Assembly (NCBI GenBank): GCA_963815285.1
Contig: CAWFGB010000012.1
Location: 194,777 to 258,776, forward strand
DNA length: 64,000 nucleotides
From: an uncultured Acidobacteriota bacterium
GTDB lineage: Bacteria; Acidobacteriota; Vicinamibacteria; Vicinamibacterales; UBA2999
Direction: 5' to 3'
Shown here: positions 1 to 11,463 of the stretch, in pieces
Numbering within the stretch: the first letter of the stretch is position 1
How the letters are laid out: every line of letters starts with the position of its first letter
Notes under the pieces: generated by a model
Seen by the model: the letters and a program-made list of their open reading frames with translations, nothing else
Told to the model about the DNA's origin: nothing
The model's database searches: none
Program-made: the position numbers and the translations under genes

Positions 1-1133
1 CGTCGGCTCACGGTGTCCGACACGCCCGTCGGTCGATAGGGTCCGACGATGCTGAGGTCTTTGAGGTGCGGGAGAGTGGTGATGCCGAACGCCACGCCGA
101 TTTGCGTATCAGCGAGGGTGTGTTCGATCGGGGCCAGCAAGTCCACCACCGGCCCCTCGAAGCGATTGATGAACGCGGCGGTCACGCGCCGGGGTCCGGC
201 GCGTACAAACACCGGCGGCGTTTTCAACGTGAGACCCGTTTCAACTTCGGTCATCCGCGGGTTGATGTCGAACAGCGCCACGCGTTCGCCTTCGATCGAC
301 ACTTCAAGTTGTTCGCCGGTGGTGGGTCCGCCAAAGAGGACTCCGCACGCGTTCGCGTGCAGGTCCGCGCGAAAGACATACTCACCATCGGCCGGGAACA
401 CGTGGATCGTCGACAATCCGCCGCGAGTGCCAAAGGGAGCCCCGTCGGCGCGCTGCAACTGCGAAGCGGTCTTGGGTACCTTGTAGTTCGATTCGCTGGC
501 CGCAGCTTCGACGTCGCCGAGTGCCAGCGCCGTGATACGACTGGCGGCGCGCAGGTAGCCTGACAGCAGCGTGGCCGAGAACGTCTGCGCGTCCGCGATG
601 TTATCGAATCCATCGCTGATGGTGTCGGCGGGGAGAAAGGCGCTGACGTCAACATCGACCGCGAGCAGATCCTTGATTGCTTGCTTGTACTCGGCGCGGT
701 TGAGACGCTGGAAGGAACGCCACCCGGGATCCGGCCGCTTCGCGGCCGCTTGGTCCATGCGCGTCTCGAGTGCCTCCACCAGACCGACGAGCACTTCCGG
801 CGCAGGACGCCGGGCGCCCGCAGGCGGCATCATTCCCGCGCGCAGCTTTCGAATCATTTTCTCGGTGACGTCAGCGTGGTCAGCCGCCTGGGCGGCATCG
901 AATGGGGCGAGCGTCAGCCCTCCGGCTTTTGCGCGATCGTTGTGACACGTCGCGCAATATTGTTTGATGAGTGCGGTCTGCGAGTCTGCGGCCGGCGCCG
1001 GGGCATGCGCTCGCGCCGGAGTGGGCGCGGCGACGTCAGGTGGGGTGGCCCGCCCCTGCGCGTGGACGGCGACAGAAACCACCGTGAATGTCACGACCGC
1101 CAGCGCAGCCCTGACCTTCCCGACTCGTGCCAT
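1..1133 (-). CDS. Secreted cytochrome-c-motif protein of the DUF1587/DUF1592 (PSD1-like) family; N-terminal part only, gene runs off the left window edge
   Basis: Absent from the supplied ORF track because there is no stop inside the window. Hand translation of the minus strand from ATG (1133-1131) stays open to base 1. It reads MARVGKVRAALAVVTFTVVSVAVHAQG (signal-peptide-like), then QYCATCHNDRAKAGGLTL (CxxCH haem-c motif), then RSFQRLNRAEYKQAIKDLL (the RLNRxEY motif typical of DUF1587). Confidence 0.75.
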   Translation of the reverse strand, partial: MARVGKVRAALAVVTFTVVSVAVHAQGRATPPDVAAPTPARAHAPAPAADSQTALIKQYCATCHNDRAKAGGLTLAPFDAAQAADHADVTEKMIRKLRAGMMPPAGARRPAPEVLVGLVEALETRMDQAAAKRPDPGWRSFQRLNRAEYKQAIKDLLAVDVDVSAFLPADTISDGFDNIADAQTFSATLLSGYLRAASRITALALGDVEAAASESNYKVPKTASQLQRADGAPFGTRGGLSTIHVFPADGEYVFRADLHANACGVLFGGPTTGEQLEVSIEGERVALFDINPRMTEVETGLTLKTPPVFVRAGPRRVTAAFINRFEGPVVDLLAPIEHTLADTQIGVAFGITTLPHLKDLSIVGPYRPTGVSDTVSR

Positions 1134-1231
1134 GGTAGCCCTCAGTTGACCAAAGTATAACGAACTGGAGGGCGCTCGTTACTTCATGTCCTCTACCGGC
1201 TAGGAACCCCAGAGTGGGCGACGGCTGGGTA

Positions 1232-1270
1232 CCAAGAAAGAGACGCGGGCGGCCCAGCCGGCCGCTCGCG
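1232..1270 (-). terminator. Putative intrinsic terminator downstream of the TonB-dependent receptor gene
   Basis: The minus strand reads CGCGAGCGGCC-GGCTG-GGCCGCCCGCG, an 11-bp GC stem with one A.C mismatch and a 5-nt loop. It is followed by TCTCTTTCTTGG. It lies about 25 nt after the receptor stop codon (1294-1296). Confidence 0.45.
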
Positions 1271-1293
1271 TCCCCGGTGTCTGTGGTCGACCG

Positions 1294-5623
<4,330 letters not shown>

Positions 5624-5656
5624 ACGAGCAGCGCGTAGATCGGCAACACTCTCGCC

Positions 5657-6145
5657 TTGGAGTCCGCCATGAAGGTCCCCATCACGATTACTGTCAACGG
5701 CCGTCCGACTCATGCAGAGGTGGAACCGCGCCTTCTGCTCGTGCACTTTCTCCGAGACGTCGTCGGGCTCACCGGCACCAAGATCGGCTGCGACACCAGC
5801 CAGTGCGGGGCCTGCACCATTCAACTGGATGGCATCGCCATGAAGTCCTGCACCTGTCTCGCGGTGCAAGCTGATGGCGCGCGGGTCACGACCATCGAGG
5901 GCATCGCGGTCGATGGACAACTGAGTGCCCTCCAGGAAGCCTTCTGGAACAAACACGGCCTGCAGTGTGGCTTCTGCACTCCTGGCATGGTGTTCGCCGC
6001 GCAAGAGATCCTCCGCCGGCACCCTGAACCCTCCGCAGAACAGATTCGACACGGGCTGGAGGGCAACATGTGCCGCTGCACCGGCTATCAGAACATCGTC
6101 CGCTCCGTGCGGACGGCCGCGGCGTCGGCGGGAGGGCAATCATGA
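5657..6145 (+). CDS. coxS: (2Fe-2S)-binding small subunit of a CoxSLM/xanthine-dehydrogenase-family molybdo-hydroxylase
   Basis: Shows the two [2Fe-2S] cysteine clusters of CoxS/CutS small subunits: [16 protein letters not shown] and CGFCTPGM...CRCTGY. Its stop overlaps the next start (ATGA at 6142-6145). Confidence 0.9.
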   Translation: MESAMKVPITITVNGRPTHAEVEPRLLLVHFLRDVVGLTGTKIGCDTSQCGACTIQLDGIAMKSCTCLAVQADGARVTTIEGIAVDGQLSALQEAFWNKHGLQCGFCTPGMVFAAQEILRRHPEPSAEQIRHGLEGNMCRCTGYQNIVRSVRTAAASAGGQS

Positions 6146-8511
6146 GCTCAACGGCCGCAGCTGGCACGCGCGTTTTTGGATCAGGCATTCGGCGGCGCGA
6201 GGATCCGCGCCTGTTGACGGGCACGGCTCGCTACACCGCCGACATCACCCTGCCAGGCATGACTTACGCCGCTGTGCTCAGGAGCCGCGACGGTCATGCC
6301 CGCATTCGCTCCATCGACACCTCGCGCGCCCACGCGGCACCTGGGGTGGTGGCGGTGTTCACTGCCGCAGACGTGGACGGCGTGCTGCAAAACATCCCCT
6401 GCGCCTGGCTGATCCCAAACAGCGAGTTGAAGATTGCGCCCTATCGCGCGCTCGCCAAGGATGTCGTGCGATACGCGGGCGACGCGGTCGCCGTGGTCGT
6501 GGCCGATTCGTCCGAGCAAGCCTACGACGCGCTCGAGTTGATCGACGTCGATTACGAAGCTTTGCCCGCCGTAGTGGACCCTGAGCAGGCCACCAGGAAC
6601 GGCGCTCCGCAACTCCATGCCGAGGCCCCTGGCAACGTCGCATTTCACTGGACGGTGGCCGGCGGCGATGTGGACGCCGCCTTCGCCGGCGCTGAAGTCG
6701 TCGTGCGCGACCGAATCATCCAGCAGCGGCTGATTCCCACGGCAATGGAGCCCCGTGGTGCCCTCGCCAACTACGTTCCGGTAACGGGCGAGCTGACACT
6801 CTGGAACACGACACAGAACCCGCACATCGTCCGCTTCATCATGTCGCTGGTGACCGGCGTGCCCGAGGATCGTCTGCGCGTCATCGCGCCCGAAGTGGGC
6901 GGCGGCTTCGGCAGCAAGATCCCGCAGATTCAGGGGGACTTCATCACCGTGTTTTGCGCGATGAAGCTTGGACGGCCGGTCAAGTGGATAGAAACGCGAT
7001 CCGAAAACTACGTGTCGACGACACACGGCCGCGACCACGTACAAGACGTGGAGCTGGCGGCGACGCGCGACGGGAAGATCCTCGGATTGCGCTGCACGGT
7101 ATGGGCCGGGATGGGCGCGTATCTGTCTACCGCCGCGCCCGGGATTCCGACCATTCTTCACGGCCTGATGCTATCGGGGCCCTATCAGATTCCAGCCGTC
7201 AAGGAAGACGTCTACGGCGTTTACACCAACACCACACCGGTCGAAGCCTATCGAGGCGCTGGACGGCCTGAAGCCACGTTCATGCTCGAGCGGATGATCG
7301 ACCTGCTCGCCGATGAGATCAAGGTCGATCCAGTCGAACTCCGGCGGCGCAATCTCATCCCGCCGTTTGCAGATGGTCACCCGGTGGTGACTGGCCTCGT
7401 GTACGACAGCGGCAACTACCAGGCCGCCCTCGACAAGGCGCTGGCGCACATCGGCTACGACGCCTTGAGACAGGAACAAGCAGCGGCGCGTAAGCAGGGA
7501 CGCTATCTCGGCATCGGCGTCAGCGTCTACGTTGAGATCTGCGGCCTTGGTCCTTCACAGGTCGCCGGCGCGGTGGGTTTCCAGGGCGGCCTCTGGGAAA
7601 GCGCGATCGTGCGCTTCCATCCGAGCGGCAAAGTCCACGTCTTCATCGGCGCCAAGCCACACGGGCAAGGCGAGGAGACGACGTTCGCTCAAATTCTCGC
7701 CGACGAGCTCGGCGTCGCTGTGGACGACGTCAAGGTGGTGCACGGGGACACCGACAACACGCCCATGGGCTGGGGCACTTACGGCAGCCGCACCACTGCG
7801 GTGAGCGGAGCGGCGCTCGCGGTCGCGACACGGAAGATCAAGGAGAAAGCCAAACTGCTCACCAGTCACCTGCTCGAAGCCGCTGTCGAGGACATCGACT
7901 ACGCCGACGGCAAGTTCTTCGTCCGCGGCTCTCCGGACAAGCACAAGACGATTCAGGACATCGCGCTCATGGCCAACGTCGCGTGGAACCTTCCACAGGG
8001 CATGGAGGCCGGGCTCGAAGCCTCCAGCTTCTACGACCCTCCCAATTTCGTGTTCCCCTTCGGTACTCACATCGCCGTCGTCGAGGTGGAACGCGACACG
8101 GGCAAAGTCGAATTGAAGCGATACGTAGCGGTAGACGACTGCGGCCCTCAGATTAATCCGATGATCGTCGAAGGTCAGGTCCATGGCGGCGTCGTGCAGG
8201 GCATCGGCCAGGCGCTCTGGGAGGAAGCCGTCTATGACGGTAACGGGCAGCTGCTCACGGGGTCGATGACCGACTACGCGCTTCCCCGTGCCGACATGCT
8301 GTGCGACATCGACGTGCTGTCCACGGTCACGCCGTCACCGCACCACCCCCTTGGCGTCAAAGGGATCGGCGAGGCCGGCACCATCGCGTCGACATGCGCT
8401 GTGTACAACGCGGTGATCGATGCGCTCGAGCCGTTCAAGGTCAAGTCGCTGCGCATGCCGCTGACACCAGAACGGGTGTGGCGGGCCATGGCCGAGCAGA
8501 AGGGTGCGTGA
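6142..8511 (+). CDS. coxL: Molybdopterin-binding large subunit, form-II CoxL-like (AYRGAGR active-site loop)
   Basis: About 789 aa from the ATG at 6142. The loop VEAYRGAGRPEA (DNA 7246-7266) matches the form-II AYRGAGR signature, not the form-I VAYRCSFR of bona fide CO dehydrogenases. S-L-M gene order is also typical of form II. Confidence 0.9.
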   Translation: MSSTAAAGTRVFGSGIRRREDPRLLTGTARYTADITLPGMTYAAVLRSRDGHARIRSIDTSRAHAAPGVVAVFTAADVDGVLQNIPCAWLIPNSELKIAPYRALAKDVVRYAGDAVAVVVADSSEQAYDALELIDVDYEALPAVVDPEQATRNGAPQLHAEAPGNVAFHWTVAGGDVDAAFAGAEVVVRDRIIQQRLIPTAMEPRGALANYVPVTGELTLWNTTQNPHIVRFIMSLVTGVPEDRLRVIAPEVGGGFGSKIPQIQGDFITVFCAMKLGRPVKWIETRSENYVSTTHGRDHVQDVELAATRDGKILGLRCTVWAGMGAYLSTAAPGIPTILHGLMLSGPYQIPAVKEDVYGVYTNTTPVEAYRGAGRPEATFMLERMIDLLADEIKVDPVELRRRNLIPPFADGHPVVTGLVYDSGNYQAALDKALAHIGYDALRQEQAAARKQGRYLGIGVSVYVEICGLGPSQVAGAVGFQGGLWESAIVRFHPSGKVHVFIGAKPHGQGEETTFAQILADELGVAVDDVKVVHGDTDNTPMGWGTYGSRTTAVSGAALAVATRKIKEKAKLLTSHLLEAAVEDIDYADGKFFVRGSPDKHKTIQDIALMANVAWNLPQGMEAGLEASSFYDPPNFVFPFGTHIAVVEVERDTGKVELKRYVAVDDCGPQINPMIVEGQVHGGVVQGIGQALWEEAVYDGNGQLLTGSMTDYALPRADMLCDIDVLSTVTPSPHHPLGVKGIGEAGTIASTCAVYNAVIDALEPFKVKSLRMPLTPERVWRAMAEQKGA

Positions 8512-8513
8512 CT

Positions 8514-9386
8514 ATGTATTCCCCGGCCTTCGACTATCACCGCGCCTCTTCGCTCGCCGACGCGCATCGGTTGCTCGCGGCACATCCCGGCGCCAAGCTC
8601 CTGGCCGGCGGCCACAGCCTGATTCCGCTGCTCAAGCTCCGGCTTGCATCGCCGGCCGCGGTCATCGATATCGGCCGCGTTGACGAACTGCGCGGCATCA
8701 CCGAGAGCGGTAACCATGTCCGCATCGGCGCCCTCACTACCCACGCGGAAGTCGCGTCCTCGTCGGTTTTGCAGTCGATCGCACCGGCGCTGACCGACGC
8801 CGCCGGGCTTGTCGGCGATCCGGCCGTACGCAATCGGGGCACCGTTGGCGGCAACATCGCGCACGCCGACCCCGCCTCGGATCTGCCGACTGCGCTGGTG
8901 GCGCTCGGCGCCGACATCGTTTTGGCGCGAAAAGGCGCTGAGCGAACGATCGCTGCCGAGATCTTCTTTACCGGGATCATGACGACGGCGCTCGAAGAAC
9001 ACGAGATCATCTTGGCGGTGCTCATCCCCGCGGGCGGCGCGGGCCGGGGATCGGCCTACGTCAAATTCTCCCACCCGGCGTCGCGCTACGCGGTGGTCGG
9101 CGCCGCCGCCCTCGTCACACGCGCGGCCGGCCGATGTACGGCTGCCCGGGTGGCCCTGGGCGGGCTGGTGTCGCACGCCACTCGCTGCGCCGGCGTCGAG
9201 AAAGCGCTCATCGGCACGACCGGCGACGATGCCGCCATTTCGGCAGCAGCCACTGCTGCATCAGCCGATCTTGGTGACGATGTGACCGGCGATATCTACG
9301 CGTCCGCCGAGTACCGCCTGGCGATGGCGCCGGTGTTCGTCAAGCGGGCCATCGCCGCCGCGTTGGGGCGGACCGGGACGGACTGA
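8514..9386 (+). CDS. coxM: FAD-binding medium subunit (CoxM/CutM-like)
   Basis: MYSPAFDYHRASSLADAHRLL...LLAGGHSLIPLLKLRL is the FAD_binding_5 pattern. The start was moved to the ATG at 8514, 3 nt after the coxL stop. Confidence 0.9.
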   Translation: MYSPAFDYHRASSLADAHRLLAAHPGAKLLAGGHSLIPLLKLRLASPAAVIDIGRVDELRGITESGNHVRIGALTTHAEVASSSVLQSIAPALTDAAGLVGDPAVRNRGTVGGNIAHADPASDLPTALVALGADIVLARKGAERTIAAEIFFTGIMTTALEEHEIILAVLIPAGGAGRGSAYVKFSHPASRYAVVGAAALVTRAAGRCTAARVALGGLVSHATRCAGVEKALIGTTGDDAAISAAATAASADLGDDVTGDIYASAEYRLAMAPVFVKRAIAAALGRTGTD

Positions 9387-9423
9387 TCTGGCCGGCACTC
9401 GAATCGCCGCCTCCGTCGAGGAG

Positions 9424-10326
9424 TTGCAGGAAGCGCTTGGCAATCAAGGCTACGTGGCGGAGCGCGGGCTCGCCGTCTCGATCTTCCTGGCGCTGCAGCT
9501 GAAGCGTCCGCTCTTCCTCGAGGGCGAAGCTGGCGTCGGCAAGACGGAGCTGGCCAAAGTCCTTGCCGCCACCCTCGGGACGACTTTGATCCGGCTGCAG
9601 TGCTACGAGGGTCTGGACATCACGCACGCGGTGTACGAGTGGAACTACCCGCGCCAGATCCTCGAGATTCGACTGCTCGAAGCCTCGCTGCGTGATGTGG
9701 CCGATGGTGACGACGTCCGACACCGGATCACTCGTGACCTTTTCTCCGAAGCGTTTCTAATCAAGCGGCCGCTGCTGAGGGCCATCGAAGCCTCGAACGA
9801 GCACCCACCGGTCTTGCTCATCGACGAGGTCGATCGCGCAGATGAGGAGTTCGAAGGCTATCTGCTGGAGCTGCTGTCGGACTTCCAGATCACCATTCCG
9901 GAGATCGGGACCATTCGCGCAACGAACCCGCCGATTGTGGTGATCACGTCGAATCGAACGCGAGAGGTGCACGACGCACTCAAACGCCGGTGCGTGTACG
10001 CCTGGATCGACTATCCCGATTTCGCGAAGGAACGACGCATCGTGGCCGCCAAGCTGCCCGGTGTGCCGGCGCAGCTGGCCGAGCAGGTGACGGCATTCGT
10101 GCAGGAACTGCGCACGACCGACTTGTACAAGGCCGCCGGCGTCTCGGAGACCCTGGATTGGGCCGCCGCGCTCGTCGCGCTCAACCACGCGACACTCGAT
10201 GCCGACACCATCGACCAGACGCTTGGCGTGCTGCTCAAGAATCAGGAAGATCTCGAGGCCGTGCGTGGCGAGCGCACGCGCATGCTGTTGGCGCGCGCGC
10301 TGGACCGAGGGACCAAACAAGCCTAG
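9424..10326 (+). CDS. coxD: MoxR-family AAA+ ATPase (CoxD-like)
   Basis: Walker A GEAGVGKT and Walker B LLIDEVDRA, with MoxR-like length. The TTG start comes from the track. A slightly more upstream start (for example CTG 9388) cannot be excluded. Confidence 0.85.
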   Translation: MQEALGNQGYVAERGLAVSIFLALQLKRPLFLEGEAGVGKTELAKVLAATLGTTLIRLQCYEGLDITHAVYEWNYPRQILEIRLLEASLRDVADGDDVRHRITRDLFSEAFLIKRPLLRAIEASNEHPPVLLIDEVDRADEEFEGYLLELLSDFQITIPEIGTIRATNPPIVVITSNRTREVHDALKRRCVYAWIDYPDFAKERRIVAAKLPGVPAQLAEQVTAFVQELRTTDLYKAAGVSETLDWAAALVALNHATLDADTIDQTLGVLLKNQEDLEAVRGERTRMLLARALDRGTKQA

Positions 10327-10335
10327 AGCAACCAC

Positions 10336-11463
10336 ATGGTTTCGCACCCGCTCGTGGCCAACCTCCTGCTGTTCGGCCGGCTGCTGCGACGCGCCGGCCT
10401 CCCTGTGCATCACAGCCGGCTGCTCGATGCGGTGCGCGCGATCGACTGGGTTGGCGTCCGCCGGCGTGACGATGTGCGCGCCACGCTGCTGGCGCTGCTC
10501 GTGCACCGTCACGAGGACATCGACCGCTTCGATGCGGCCTTCACGCTGTTCTTCCGCGATCACGCCCGCGCGGCGTCCGAGCTGGCGCTCTTCTCGCTTG
10601 GTGAACGCCCGCGCGTCGTCTTCCGGCCGGTGCCGGGCGTCGTCTCGCACGTCGAGATCGAGGACCTAACCTCCGACGCCTCCCAGCCGACGGAACGAGC
10701 TGTGGGTGCCTACAGCGCCGCCGGAGTGTCTCGGACCAAGGATTTCGCCGACTTCTCGCCCGCGGAGATGGAGGACGCCCGTCGACTACTGGCCGAGCTC
10801 CCGTGGCGTCTCGGTATGCGCCGCACGCGACGGTGGGACCAAAATGATGGCACCTCTGTCAACCTCCGCCCGATCCTCCGGAGAGCGATGTCGCAAGGCG
10901 AGATCCTCGAGTTGGATTTTCGACGGCGGCGAACCGCGCCTCGCCCTATCGTCTTCGTCGGCGACGTCAGTGGCTCGATGGAGCGCTACAGCCGGGTGCT
11001 GATGCATTTCGTCTACGGGCTGGCCCGGCACGTTCGCCACGTTGAAAGCTTTGTCTTTGCGACTACGCTGACCAGAATCACGCACCGCGTGGTCCGGCCC
11101 GGCGCAGAACGGCAGCTCACCGCGGTTATCCGCAGCGTCAGCGATTGGGGCGGTGGCACACGCATCGGCGAATCGCTGCGAGTGTTCAACACGCGCTGGG
11201 CCCGCCGGGTCATGCGGCATGGACCAGTAGTCGTCCTCGTCTCCGACGGGTGGGACCGCGGCGAACCGACCGTTCTGCGACGGGAGCTGGCCCGGCTGCG
11301 CCGCGGATGCCACCGCCTGATGTGGCTGAACCCGCTGCTGGGCGACGCCCAATACGAGCCGCTCACGCGCGGCATGCAGGCCGCGCTACCTTACGTCGAC
11401 GACTTCCTTCCCGCCCACAACATCGCGAGCCTGGAGCAACTGGCAGAACGGCTGAACTCATGA
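10336..11463 (+). CDS. coxE: VWA-domain protein, CoxE-like
   Basis: MIDAS-type motif VFVGDVSGSM, then ...WGGGTRIGESL... and ...VVLVSDGWDRGEP...WLNPLLG, typical of VWA_CoxE proteins. It lies directly after the MoxR ATPase. Confidence 0.85.
   Translation: MVSHPLVANLLLFGRLLRRAGLPVHHSRLLDAVRAIDWVGVRRRDDVRATLLALLVHRHEDIDRFDAAFTLFFRDHARAASELALFSLGERPRVVFRPVPGVVSHVEIEDLTSDASQPTERAVGAYSAAGVSRTKDFADFSPAEMEDARRLLAELPWRLGMRRTRRWDQNDGTSVNLRPILRRAMSQGEILELDFRRRRTAPRPIVFVGDVSGSMERYSRVLMHFVYGLARHVRHVESFVFATTLTRITHRVVRPGAERQLTAVIRSVSDWGGGTRIGESLRVFNTRWARRVMRHGPVVVLVSDGWDRGEPTVLRRELARLRRGCHRLMWLNPLLGDAQYEPLTRGMQAALPYVDDFLPAHNIASLEQLAERLNS

Noticed and set aside
11145-11459. Track ORF starts that extend far upstream of the likely start. 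Examples are the peptidase at 11145, coxM at 8301, coxL at 6070, GT4 at 59390 and 56384, GT2 at 57453, the MsbA-like gene at 53083 and argG at 4166.
   Set aside because: The extensions overlap the preceding recognised gene and encode Arg/Pro-rich low-complexity sequence. Internal ATG or GTG codons give canonical N-termini, often with ATGA/GTGA coupling to the upstream stop.
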